A DNA stretch of 63,542 nucleotides, filler included, from Atractiella rhizophila (Eukaryota): the NCBI GenBank assembly GCA_021432655.1. It is 7 parts of 5 records of this genome, joined end to end, with 100 filler letters (N's around TTAATTAATTAA, not from the genome) between each part and the next. Parts side by side here need not be neighbours in the genome. Positions count along the whole stretch, not along the records: positions 1 to 22,727 come from MU271189.1; positions 22,828 to 35,248 come from MU271190.1; 5 more parts are not named here. One strand, 5' to 3'. The notes beneath the pieces are model-generated. The model did no database searches. It was not told the DNA's origin and saw only the letters and a list, made by a program, of their open reading frames with translations. A program made the translations under genes and the position numbers. How positions within the stretch are numbered: the stretch's first letter is position 1; each line of letters begins with the position of its first letter. Below are positions 12,744 through 25,189 of the stretch, piece by piece.

Positions 12744-12902
12744 TACTAAGTTTCATTGGTCAGGTACCTATCTACACGGGCCATTTATATACAGATCTAG
12801 AAGAGTTGCTAATGACAAGAAATGAGCTTCATAGGGAACATGATCGGAACAGAAAAACAAAATGGGAAACTACCTTCAGGACTGCACTCGGGCTGGAGTA
12901 CA

Positions 12903-14446
12903 TTACCAAGAAAAGATGGGCGTTGGCACCGGCTCCATCTCCCTTTGCTGTGTGATTGATCTCTGATCCTCCACCCAGGTTTTGGTTTGCAGTAACTCTC
13001 CACCTCTGCCTCCGCTCCTCACTGGATCAACATCCTCATCATCTTCACTATCAGCATCATCCAGCCACTGTGCCGCTCCACTCATCCATAGCGCGTCACC
13101 TAGAGCCTTATGATAGAAGGCAAACATTCCGGAGATATCCTCAACTTCATGGCCATCTTTGTCTCTCACCGTCGTAGCTAGAAGCGCGCTCGACTCGTGA
13201 TATGTTCTACCATAACTGCCTGGGAGGCCTTTTTCCCGTTCCAAGTCGATCATCTCTTGCAGTAAGGCGTCATCCCTCGCAGTCCAGCTTCTCCCTCTCG
13301 GAAGGTCCTTCATGCGACTAAATTCGGTGGGTATGTCTGAATCGAACTTTCTGGCACCATTTCTTAGGTGTAAAGTCTCGCTCATGATCAGTATGTGAAA
13401 TCAAATGAACTTTAATTGCTCACCAAATTATCGCATTCGTCTCTCTCAAACCATATTCTGAACTCCCCAAGTCGTTTCTGAATCGTTGAGCGGATCAGGA
13501 TCATGTTCGCGGGAGTATCGCATACTTCTTCATGAAATTCAGCGCCAAAAACACGAGAGATCCAAGACCAAAACTGTCTGACAGTCAGGGATATTCAATG
13601 ACCATCTGCTGTGGGAAGCTTACGGGCGAGGATGGTTTCCACGCCAGGAGGTGGGACACTTCGCAATAGAACTCTTCGCCGGTTAGCCGGCAGCAATTGT
13701 TATCGCGCTTGCGAACCTAGCTCTCGGTAAGCACAGTAACGGAGGCAACAGGACAAGGTAAGAACATTTGCGACATGGCCGTCATTTCTTCGAGAGGCAG
13801 CACCGGAGGGTTGAGAGGGGGGAGGACTGGCGAGAGCTGATGTGGTTGACCTTACGGATGGGTCTGAGTAAGGCATGCTTGACGCGGGAGTTGCCTGTTT
13901 TCCGGTTTTCACTATGACTTCCATTAAATCCTTTCGACAAGAAATAAATGACATGCCTACATCGACACACTGAGTCTTCATATTACGAATGAAGGACGGT
14001 AATAGGTGTCGATACCTCAGGACGAATTCAGCAAAGTTCCGGCTGAGCTTCTCGGAAGTAACGTGCTCTTCGACGGGTCTCCTTTTGTTCACCTCCTCCA
14101 CGACTGCCTTTCGATCCCATCGAATGAAGCCTTTCAAAATGTCTCTGTCCTGCTTAGCAGCTTTAGAGGATAAAATCATCTCGTTCTCGCGATTCAGCAC
14201 TGGGACGGCTTTACGGGATTCGAGTTTATCGATTAGCTCGAGAGTAAGCTGGATTAAATCGCTGTCAGAGAGCTGTTCCACAGACTCCTTGACGGATTCT
14301 GGTAGATCGTGTCCTGGATGCTCTTGCAGGTCGATGTCCTGTTGTGGCTGATGTGGGCGAGAGCGTTCAGCTATGAGCTCGTCGAGCAGTTGCTGAAGGT
14401 GGCGAGGCAATGGAGCGGTTTCTGTCGTTTGCCCAGCTTCAGACAT
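12903..14446 (-). CDS. fungal HNH (HNH_2-type) endonuclease-domain gene, copy 2
   Basis: Paralog of 9889-11436. Exons VRKRDNNCCRLTGEEFYCEVSHLLAW and DTPANMILIRSTIQKRLGEFRIWFE; frame open; last HNH His replaced by Gln (13478-13480). Confidence 0.7.
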
Positions 14447-14774
14447 AATCGCCTGCTGAGAAATGATCGAGCCTTTGGCCTGGTTTGAATTGGTCAGTGA
14501 AAAGTTGAGGGCTCAATGGAATGCGAATGAAATAAGGTTGCGAGAAGGCCACAGCACCAACAGCGCCAACACATCCACATTGACACATTGACCACCAGGT
14601 CTCATCATTTCTACTTGTTACTTCCTCCCCCTTATTATCCTCTTTCACTTTCACTTTCACGGCCTATTTCTCCGTCCAGCTCAGCCTCGGATTTCGGAGT
14701 CCCAACGGGCCTGACAACGCATCCACAATTTTCTTGAGGACCAATAATTTTCGACTTAAAGGGGGCTTTTCAAC

Positions 14775-17700
14775 ATGGCAGAATCACTGTTGAGCCAATA
14801 CACGAAGGGGACAAAGTGCTGGTTTCCAGATAAAGAAGAGGGATGGATCTCTGCCGACTTGTCGGAGAAGGAGGTCAAGGATGGAAAGGTCGGCTTGAAG
14901 TTCTTGTCCGACGCTGGCAAGGTGCGTCCTCGCTCTAAACAACTTTCTTGTTCGCGTATTGTACAGTGGAAGAAATGTTGAGACGTTCTGGGGTGACGTG
15001 GTTAGGAGTATACAGTGAACACGACGACCGCAGAGATAGAGAAAGCGCTCGCCGCCTCCGCCCTAGGCGATCAGTCCGCCTTACCCCCGTTACGGAATCC
15101 GCCCCTGCTCGAAGCAACGGAAGACTTGACGAACCTCTCCTACCTGAACGAACCCGCCGTCTTGCACACCATCCGCACTCGGTATGCCCAACGTCAAATC
15201 TACACTTATTCCGGCATCGTCCTCGTAGCCATGAACCCGTTCGCTGCTGTCCCGCTTTATCAGCCTGAAATTGTACAGGCTTATGCGGGACGAAAGAAGG
15301 GTGAACTCGAACCTCATCTTTTCGCTATTGCAGAAGACGCATATCGGTACATGATTAGGGATAGAAGGGATCAGACTATCATCGTTTCAGGAGAGTCGTA
15401 CGTCTACTCTCTTTCTTCTATCCACACTCGTCCTCCTTGTGTACCCAGAATTGGTATATTGAAAGTTGTCGTTGGGTAATAGGGGAGCTGGTAAAACCGT
15501 CTCCGCCAAGTACATTATGCGATACTTCGCCACAGTCGATGATCCGGAGAAACCGGGAAAGAGGAAGGTGGGTAGAGACGGACAACAAATGTCCGAAGTC
15601 GAGCAGCAGATCCTTGCGACCAATCCTATCATGGAAGCCTTTGGAAACGCGAAGACGACTAGAAACGACAACTCGTCACGATTCGGGAAGTACATAGAGG
15701 TTTGTCTTTCCACTCTTGAGGAAGACCGAGGGACTGAAGGGAATACAGATTCTTTTCGACGCGGATCAGAATATCGTCGGTGCGCGGATGCGGACTTATT
15801 TGCTGGAGAGGTCGAGGCTGGTCTACCAGCCGGAGAGTGAGAGGAACTACCATATCTTCTATCAACTTCTCTGCGGTGCTCCGTCTTCTGAACGGAAGAA
15901 TTTGGGTCTGGACGAGATCTCAAAATTCGCTTATTTGTATTCTGGCTCCGGAACGGCCAACTTCACGATTCCAGGTGTGGACGATGCAGAAGAGTTCAAG
16001 GCGACCCAGAAGGCGTTGTCGATAGTAGGAATTACGATAGAGAAACAGTGGTCCATATTCAAACTCCTCGCCGCCTTACTTCACATCGGGAACATTGAAA
16101 TCAAGCAGATGAGGAATGACGCGTCCTTGGATGACAATGATGAGTCGTTGGGGAGGGCGATGGAGTTATTGGGTATGGATAAGGCCGAGTTCAAGAAGTG
16201 GACGATCAAGAAACAGATCACGACTAGGAGCGAGAAGATCGTAACGAACCTCAATGCCGCCCAAGCCCTCGTTGTCAGGGATTCGGTCGCAAAGTTCATT
16301 TACGCATGTCTTTTCGATTGGCTCGTATCCATCATCAATGAGTCCCTCACCTCGCCGGGATTGGAGAGTAGGGTTGCCTCGTTTATTGGTGTGCTGGATA
16401 TCTATGGTGCGTTCCTTCCCATCACTTTGTGGCAATTGTTGAGAGGGAAGTGACAGGTTTCGAGCATTTTAAGAAGAACTCGTTTGAGCAGTTTTGTATC
16501 AACTACGCGAACGAGAAGCTGCAGCAAGAGTTCAACGCACACGTCTTCAAGTTGGAACAAGAAGAATATCTGGCTGAAAAAATCGAGTGGAAGTTTATAG
16601 ATTTCTCAGACAACCAACCGACCATCGATCTCATCGAAGGCAAGCTCGGCGTCCTCTCGCTCCTCGACGAAGAATCCCGTTTGCCCGCCGGTTCGGACGC
16701 ATCGTTCGCTCAGAAGCTTTATCAGACCTTGGGCAAGCCGGAGAACGCGAAGGTGTTCAAGAAGGCGAGATTTGGGAGTTCCGCGTTCACGATCGCGCAT
16801 TATGCGCTCGACGTCACGTATGAGACGGAGGGTTTCTTGGAGAAGAACAAGGATACGGTGCCGGACGAACATATGAATTTGCTCCAGAACACTTCTAACG
16901 CTTTCCTCAAAGATGTCATCGATCGTGCTATGAACATCACTAATGCCAGTAAGGAACCGCCACCAGCCACCCCCACCGTCTCAGAAGCATCGCGACCCAT
17001 GTCTCCCTCTACCAGCTCAGTCACCTCCAAACGCACGAGCATCTTCGACTCCCCCGTCCATTCAACAGCTTCGAAGAGGACGAGTTTACGAATGAGCGAG
17101 ATCGGAACGGCAGGTGGTGGAGGAGGGGTGGGAGCTCTGAAGAAGGGTGGAGCACCTGGAAGCAAGAAACCGACTCTTGGAAGCATCTTTAAAGGATCCC
17201 TTATCTCTCTCATGGACACCATCGAGTTGACAAACGTTCATTACATTCGTTGTATCAAGCCGAACGAGGCCAAGCGACAATGGGAATTCGAGCCCCAGAT
17301 GGTGCTCGGTCAGCTTAGAGCTTGCGGTGTGCTAGAAACCATTAGGATCAGTTGTGCGGGGTACCCTACTCGTTGGACTTTCGATGAGTTCGCTGAACGG
17401 TGCGCTTTCTTACTACTATCCTGGAATAGGTATGAACTGATGCCTGACGTGAAGGTACTACATGCTCGTGAACTCGAAATACTGGGGACCTGAAATTCGA
17501 AACCTTTGTTCCGAAGTCCTCAAGAACGCAATTACAGACGTCGACAAGTATCAAGTAGGCTTAACGAAGATTTTCTTCCGTGCTGGAATGTTGGCTTTCC
17601 TTGAGAACCGTCGATCAGATCGCCTTAACTATCTCGTCACTCTCATGCAGAAGAACTTCCTGCGACACATGTATATGAAGAGATGGCAGAACCTGCGCAC

Positions 17701-20288
17701 GACTGCTATCGGTTTGCAGGCTACCGGAAGAAGGATCTTGGCACAGAGGAAAGTGGAACACATGAAGAAGGAAAAGGCGGCTGTCGAGATCCAGAGAGCT
17801 GTCAGGGCTTACTTGAGCAAGCAGAGGTTTGCTACGGCGCTCAAGACTATCAAATTCGTCCAGAGCGGTTTGTCATTTTCCCCTCTACCAGTATCCCGGC
17901 TGACCTATCGTAGTCGCACGCGGTATTCATATTCGTGCCACTTTCCGCGAACGACGACGCATCAATGCTGCTATTGACCTCCAGAGCATGATCCGAGGAT
18001 TGAAAGCAAGAAAAGCGTTCCAAACTGACCGGAAACGAATCATCCTCATTCAATCTTGCGTGCGACGGCGGCAAGCGAAGAAAGAGCTTCTGGCTCTCAA
18101 GACGGAAGCCAAATCTGTCTCTCACTTCAAGGAGGTGTCATATAAACTCGAAAACAAAGTCGTCGAGCTCACCCAGATCCTGCAAAAGAGGACGAATGAG
18201 AATAAGGAGATGCAGACCAAGATTAAAAACCTTGAACAACAGCTCCAAGCTTGGATGGACAAGTTCGACGAAGCCGATTCCAAGGCGAAAGCACTCACGG
18301 AGAACCAGAAGTCGACCGTTGCATTACCGGAGTTCGAAGCGCTTCAGACCCAGAAGAGCGATTTGAATTCAAAGTTGGAGACATCGTTGAAGAAACTTCA
18401 CGATCAGGATGCGCAGATCCAGAAGTTGACGGAGGACTTCATGAAGCAGACGGAAGAGATGGAGAACCGACAGAAACTTCTAAACAGTGCTCTGAAGACG
18501 GGCACGGACGATTCGGCAACCATTTCTCAGCTGAGGCAAGAGCTCACTTCCCTTCGAGAGCAACTCCAGAAGGCAGTTTCGATCAACAACGCTACAAACA
18601 AAACGGTTCGGGAAGGACCGCCCACTTTCGATCTCAAGACTGGCAAGAGTCAAGAGAATGGAATCACGAACGGACTCAGCGCACCGAAGCAACGCAGAAC
18701 ACGCCGTCACAGCTCTGCCGGTGTCGTGTATCCATCAGACCCTGTTCCCAGCTTCACTCCCGATCGATCATACGATGACCGTTTCGATAATGTCCGTGCC
18801 GTTTCAGTTGCTTTCCCTCAAGAGAATTCAAACAAGAATCGCATGGCCGGCGGGAAGACCTACCTTTCAGAGGTTTACGACGACCCCTCAGAAGAGATTA
18901 TCAAGCTTCTCGAGGAAGAAGAGTCACTGGACGAGGATGTTCTTGGCGGCATCATTCGCCATCTGAAGATTCCTTCACCCAGTCTCCAGAACCCTCCATC
19001 TCCAAAAGAGGTTTTGTTCCCCGCACATCTCATCAGCTTGGTCACGAACGAAATGTGGAAGTATGGTTTGATGCGCGAGAGCGAGCGGTTCCTTGCGAAT
19101 GTCATGCAGACCATCCAACAACACGTCATGGCCTTCCAAGGGGAGGACGCCATTGTCCCAGGCGTCTTCTGGCTCTCTAACGTACACGAAATCCTTTCCT
19201 TCGTTTGTATCGCCGAGTCAGACATTCTTCAAGGAATCGGACCTGGAGTGGACGGTGCTGGTCGAGAGTTCGAATGGGATGATTATGAGCGACTAGTAAC
19301 AATTGTCAAGCATGATCTTGACAGTTTGGAGTATAACATCTACCATACTTGGATGCAGGAGACGAAGAAGAAGCTGCACAAAATGGTCATCCCCGCTTTG
19401 ATCGAATCTCAGTCGTTACCAGGTTTCGTCACCAGTGATGGAGGCGGACGTCTGTTTAACCGACTTCTTCAAGGCAATTCGACACCTGCATTCAACATGG
19501 ACGATATTCTTAACCTCCTCAACCGCGTATGGAAGAGTCTGAAGAGTTATTACGTCGAGCATTCAGTAGTACAGCAAGTTGTGACAGAACTGTTGAAGTT
19601 GATTGGAGTGACGAGCTTTAATGATTTGTTGATGCGACGAAATTTCAATTCTTGGAAACGGGCTATGCAAATTCAATACAATATCACTAGGTGAACATCC
19701 CTAAAGAGTTCTTTTTTCGTGTCTGACGTATATGTGAACAGGTTGGAAGAATGGTGCAAGTCCCACGACATGCCAGAAGGAACATTACAGTTGGAGTACT
19801 TAATGCAAGCTACAAAACTTCTTCAGTTGAAAAAGGTGAGGCTTCGTTTGCATTGCTGGATCACGGAACTAATTTCCTTTCCAGGCTACTTTGGCTGATA
19901 TTGAAATCATTTACGATGTCTGCTGGCTTCTTTCACCTTCTCAGATTGCCAAACTTGTTTCTGGGTACTTTGTGGCTGATTACGAGGTATGTCACTGTTG
20001 TGTGTGCTGCAAAGCTAATCTTCGAATATTAGAACCCAATATCACCAGACATGCTACGAGCGGTAGCATCGCGAGTGGTACCTAATGACAAAAACGACCA
20101 TCTTCTCCTTCCTCCAGAAGTTGAGGAGGCAGGTCCTTACGAAGTCCCATTACCACGAGAAGTTATGGGAATCGAAACCTATGTTCCAGCATGGTACGTC
20201 CATCTCACTTCGTTGTCAACTGTCATTCAGGTTATCCTATAGGTTGCAAGTTGCGCACATCCGGCGCCTAGTGCAACTTGTCTCGTAA
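14775..20288 (+). CDS. MYO2: class V myosin heavy chain
   Basis: Motor motifs GESGAGKT (split by intron), [29 protein letters not shown] repeats, coiled coil and C-terminal DIL domain ([22 protein letters not shown]). Confidence 0.96.
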
Positions 20289-20685
20289 TATGTCGCGCAT
20301 CACGCCTTTCATGACTTGAGGATGACCAGCTATTGCCGGTCAATGCAGTTCTGTACTGTACTTTAAGGGCTTAGTATAATTTTTCAACCATCGTGCTCGC
20401 ACGTTTGCCAATGCCATAATGAGTTGCATCCCGCACCGTTTTCCGCTCATCCTCTGCGGATCAGACAACTTCATGATTGAGGACTTGGCTATTTGCTGTT
20501 TGGGAACCCCACCTCAGGTAGCTCGATTTCATCTCGGCTGCAGTACCTTAAGGTGCTGTTGTAGGACAAGATGGCTAAACATTCCACAACGACTGAAAAT
20601 TTACTGAAATACGAACCGTACCTTTTACCGACAGGCAATACAAGCGCAAGCACATATCACAAAACTTTGGTATTTATCGCGATGT

Positions 20686-22727
20686 TCAAGAAGCAAGCTT
20701 AAGATTCGATAATCTAACGACGAGTGCGAGAAGCGCAAGGTTTTCTGACGACGCGAAATATGTGACCATGTCAAGATGAACCTTTGAATGACGATTGAAG
20801 TTACTTTCGAAACGATCGCTGCACCAAAATCAGACATCAGGACGACCAGCAGGAAGAGCGGCATCAGTGTCAGGGACAGACTTACAGGAAGTCTATTTCT
20901 TTCGTAATCGAGACCTTGGTGTGGTCCCCATCTGCTTGTTCCAACAAATGCATAGCTTCATCGAGCGCCTTTCGAAATTTGGCGTGGTAGGAGACGAAGA
21001 GTGCACAAGTGTGCATGATTTTGCTATGGCACTGTTATTGTCATCTTCGATCAGCTTCCTCTGTAACGCTGAAGCAGGAGAGGAAACCACAAACCTTCAA
21101 CAGCTTCGGATTTGTCAACATGCACTCCTTGAGACAAGTGTCTAAAAAGTCTACATGCGCTCTCAAAAGCTCATCGACGGTCTCCACCTTTTCGAGTTTC
21201 ATCTCCAATGCTCTCCAATTAGGTTCCAAGACCTCTCCAGCGCAGAAGGAGTACATTTGTTGGATGAAGGTGAGCATTCTTGATCTCAGCGAGAACACGC
21301 GACTCTTCCACCGCTCGAGTTGAGGATGGTTCGTCTTTCGTCGCCATACGGGGAGTTTTGCATGGTCTAGCCAGGTCAAGATGAGGGATTGCTCGAGATG
21401 CTTCAGTTGCAAGAGGTGACGGAATATCAGCTGATAGCGGAGGACGTTCTTGCGAGAGATGACGAGCGAGAGGGGGAATTTGACACTGTAATCGAGGGTA
21501 AGGGCGTCCACGCCTGATTTTCGCTCAGAAATGTTGGATCACAGGGGGCACAGAGACATACCGGTGAGTGCAGCTTTATCCGTCTCTTCTTGTTTCTTGT
21601 CCTCAAAACCTCCATCCCCAACCTCAAGTCCTCCCTCCTCTCCCATTCCACTCACGCTCACGACCTTCATCAGCCAATCGAAGAGAGTCGTTTGGCTCAT
21701 GTCCACCTTCACGTCATCCTTGTAAGGATCGCTATATGACGCGCTTGACGGATTCCGAATCGCAATGTCCAGCAGAGACTGAAGTTTCTCGATCGAGACT
21801 TGCCGAACCTTCTTCGTCAGTTCAGGTGCCGCAAGATCGAGAAAGTGATTGAAGGTGTCTCCTGGATCGAGGAAGAAGTAGTGTTTCATTGACCTGAGAA
21901 CAAGGTCAGCATTCCCAAGGCTAAAAGAATGCAGAGAAGTATACCGTAAGCGAGGCACGAGCTGTTGATCGTTTAGCAACAATTTGAGGAGCGCGCGATT
22001 GGCGTGGCTGTATGCTTGATCGATTCGCTTATAAAAGCTGCAAGCAAATGAGCGCTCGCTTCTTAAGATCCACAAGAAAAGACGCACCTCTCACTATCCA
22101 TCGCGATAAGCTCATGTCTTTCCTCTCTCTCCTTCTTGCTTTCTCTCCTCTTCTTATCCGCTGCTTCCGTCGTCACAGGCGGCGGCTGCTCTTTCTTCTG
22201 TTCCTCCTCCTCCTCCGACACAGAAACCGACATCCCACACTCTCTCACAACGTTCAGATACTTGCCAGCGAGGAGAACCTTGGTCTTCCACCCCTCCAAA
22301 AACGGTGGGATGACTGCACCACCCGAAAGTCCTTGTTCCCTCGCAGACGCCAGAGGATTCGAAGAGGCAGCAGGAGGAGCGGTTGGGGCATTCGAGACGT
22401 TTGCGTCCTTCAGAGTGTATCGACGTTCCCAATACTCATCCGTGTAATCCATCTCGAGCGTTCCCCTCGTTATATTCTTGTTCTCTCTCACCAAGAACTC
22501 GTCGTACGGATCGTCTAGGTGTCCGGTGCCGACCCACTTCAGGAGCATCCTAGCGTACGGTTGGGAGGCTTTGAGGAGGAGGTTGGAGTATATCGCCACG
22601 GCTGTCGGGTCTCCGGAATGGTATGACAATAGTTGAGAAATGACGGTGAGGACCTCTCCTCCAGTAACGGGTCCCGAACGCGCTCCGGGACCAGCTCCAT
22701 TCTTCGCCTTCTCTCCCTTCTTCGCCA
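20686..22727 (-). CDS. SPC97: gamma-tubulin complex component GCP2 (Spc97/Alp4), 5'-partial at scaffold end
   Basis: G.LDDPYDEF, DYTDEYWERRYTL, KVLLAGKYLNVVRECG, LDYSVKFPLSLVISRK..RYQLIFRHLL, HVDFLDTCLKECML; stop at 20686-20688. Confidence 0.9.
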
Positions 22728-22827
22728 NNNNNNNNNNNNNNNNNNNNNNNNNNNNNNNNNNNNNNNNNNNNTTAATTAATTAANNNNNNNNNNNNNNNNN
22801 NNNNNNNNNNNNNNNNNNNNNNNNNNN
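22728..22827. other. artificial scaffold linker
   Basis: N run + TTAATTAATTAA (stops in six frames) + N run, 100 nt in total. Confidence 0.97.
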
Positions 22828-22927
22828 TTGAGGGAATCCTTTTGGGACGCGTTGCCCGCTAACTTCGACTGTTGGTCTAGTACGTGATATCTAGGTTTTA
22901 CATTCGGCAATATTTCCTGATTGATTG

Positions 22928-23293
22928 TCAAACTCCTTTTCTTCGAAATGTGACGAGTTCACTTGCCTTGTATAACTGTTCCATAAACCCTTTCATGGAG
23001 TTTTCATTTTGCCAATGTCTTTTGTCGAACTCCACTCTTTCACACAGCTTTCTGTAAAGACGCTTCAACTTCGGGCGCAGACCAATAACGTGGATTGGAG
23101 GAGATTCGGCCGCGATGCGGCTACTGAGCTGCTGCCAGTGATGAGGTGCCACACGCTTATAGTCGTAAACTCGTTTGTTTGGGGTGAACCCTCGATAGTC
23201 TGCCTTCCTCTTGGAAGGAGCCCGGGGAGGAGCAGTGGCATCTGACGCAGGAGGCGGAGCGATAAGCCTCTCTTCCTGGGTGCCTTCTGCCAT
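22928..23293 (-). CDS. hypothetical protein (121 aa ORF)
   Basis: ATG-initiated ORF with protein-like composition; no family recognised. Confidence 0.3.
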   Translation of the reverse strand: MAEGTQEERLIAPPPASDATAPPRAPSKRKADYRGFTPNKRVYDYKRVAPHHWQQLSSRIAAESPPIHVIGLRPKLKRLYRKLCERVEFDKRHWQNENSMKGFMEQLYKASELVTFRRKGV

Positions 23294-24133
23294 GGAGGTT
23301 GTTGTCTACCCCTTCGCGCTTGTTGGTTTGATAAAGCCACCTTCCTCTAAAGATGCCGATCATTGTTGTTGTTGTGATCATATTTATATTTCAGAGCGCC
23401 CAGACTAGAATCAACGGAGCTCTGCATTTGCGGACACAATCAAAGAATTTTGATTAAAGAGGTGGCCTGAAGCAAGGAACTAAGAGTGAGAAGTCATGTG
23501 TGCATAGATTGCATAGATCAAGATGTAGGTAAAAGTGTTAAAGGCCTCCGTGTCCCCTTGGACTTGGATAGATGGAAAAGGAAGAAAGTGCTAAACGGAG
23601 GTGTGTCGTAAGTCGCGATGATAATGATAATGTTGAATGTGATTAGGGTTACCAAGGTTCGATCCTGCTCTCCTTGTCCTCCATTCCCTCTCCGCCTTCC
23701 TACTGTCTATGCGCTCTTCTGATCCATAGAGTGAATTGAATCATCACCATCATCATGCGCACACGTGACTTCGCTGAGCGCCGATGTACACCTTGAAGCT
23801 ACAAGCTGGACAATTATTGCTGGACAATTATTGTAAAAGTTATGGTCGAAGGTGAAAGCAAGGTTTTTTTGAGTTCAACCTTCCCTGGAATTGAAGTACT
23901 GTTCAGTTTGATTTAATCGATGATCATGAACATTGCTGCAGTTTGCGTGGTAAAGATTGTGACAGCGATGGAACACATGATGATTTGAAGGTGGAAAGGA
24001 CGGCACGACAGAAAAAAAGCGACAATAAGTCAGTAATAGCCAACGAAGTTGTTGATTCAGTCTTTTCGTACAGCTTTCATGTATTAAGAGATGGAGGATG
24101 CAACGCGAACATAGGCGACAAACGGTTAAGGTC

Positions 24134-25189
24134 TTACCACCGGAGAAAGCCACCACTTTGGCGATGACCAACGGGAACAGGCGGGGAACCCACGGCAGGC
24201 AGTTGAGATGGAGAAGGCATGCTCCTTCTCGAAAGATTTACATCTGGGAAAGCATTGGGCCGGAACCTCAGGAGGACCTTGCCATCAGCTTGCTGGAGAT
24301 CGAACACGCCTCCTCCATTCTCTGGTGTTCCTTCGATCTGAGTCGATTGGCAGATTTCGGCAATTGTAACTCCTTGTGCTGCAGAATCCGGAAACATTTG
24401 AAGGAACAATGGGAAGACGTCTTGAACGGAGATAAAATCGTTCGCGCTGGACCCTGGTCGATCTCTCAACGTCTGACAGACCATCCTTGTCCGATCTCGA
24501 ATGATGCTTCCTCGTGTGAACTGTGGTTGTGGAAGCGCCGAAGGGCTTGGGTCCCAGACGTTCTGGGAGAAAGTAGATGTCCCCCTGGAGCTTGAAGGAA
24601 CTATTTCGTCGTCGTCAGCTAGGGCTTTGCTGCCCAAGACTTGAGGAGGAGGGCTGTATGATCGGAGGCTTGGGGTTCGAGAGTGAGGTCCTGTAGAGGG
24701 TCCATCTTCCTCATCTTTCCCATTGGGTCGGCCAACACCGATCGAAGTGACCCGTCCACCATCATCTGCAACCGAATGACGTTTCTGTGTTCCACTTCCA
24801 ATTGGTGCAATGGGAGCAACGGGACCGATAGGACTGGGCCGGTGTTCACTGACGCGAGAAGAGGAGGGAATGACCTGCGAGTCGAGATTCAGCGAAGCAA
24901 GTGATCCTGCAAAGCCGCCGTTTGGATGCGACATCGTTGGAGACGGTTGACCGATAGGAGCCAACGGCGCTCCCGGCGCTCGAGAGGATGATCCGATCGG
25001 CGGAGGCACCATTCGTTGCAATGGAGCAACTTGGGCTGCTGGAGAGCTGAGGAATTGCTGAGGAATTGGTAAAGGACTGCTCATTCCACCGATTGCCCCA
25101 ACAGGCCCAGGATGGGGAAGATGAGGAATATGCGGAAGTGACATGCGTTGTGGCATCCCTTCCATGGGGAATGCGGCGCTGATGCCCAT
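24134..25189 (-). CDS. NST1-like stress-response protein, C-terminal part
   Basis: Pro-rich ORF with repeated PIG/PIAPIG and SPPPQVLGSKALADDDE, recalled as typical of fungal Nst1 C-termini; not joined in frame to an upstream core. Confidence 0.5.
   Translation of the reverse strand: MGISAAFPMEGMPQRMSLPHIPHLPHPGPVGAIGGMSSPLPIPQQFLSSPAAQVAPLQRMVPPPIGSSSRAPGAPLAPIGQPSPTMSHPNGGFAGSLASLNLDSQVIPSSSRVSEHRPSPIGPVAPIAPIGSGTQKRHSVADDGGRVTSIGVGRPNGKDEEDGPSTGPHSRTPSLRSYSPPPQVLGSKALADDDEIVPSSSRGTSTFSQNVWDPSPSALPQPQFTRGSIIRDRTRMVCQTLRDRPGSSANDFISVQDVFPLFLQMFPDSAAQGVTIAEICQSTQIEGTPENGGGVFDLQQADGKVLLRFRPNAFPDVNLSRRSMPSPSQLPAVGSPPVPVGHRQSGGFLRW

Noticed and set aside
14935..19296. Many antisense and alternate-frame ORFs over myosin V (likewise over MON2 and GCP2)
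   Set aside because: Shadow ORFs of real coding sequence with no motifs.
23806..23833. 14-bp tandem repeat CTGGACAATTATTG x2
   Set aside because: Simple slippage duplication; no spacers, so not CRISPR-like.
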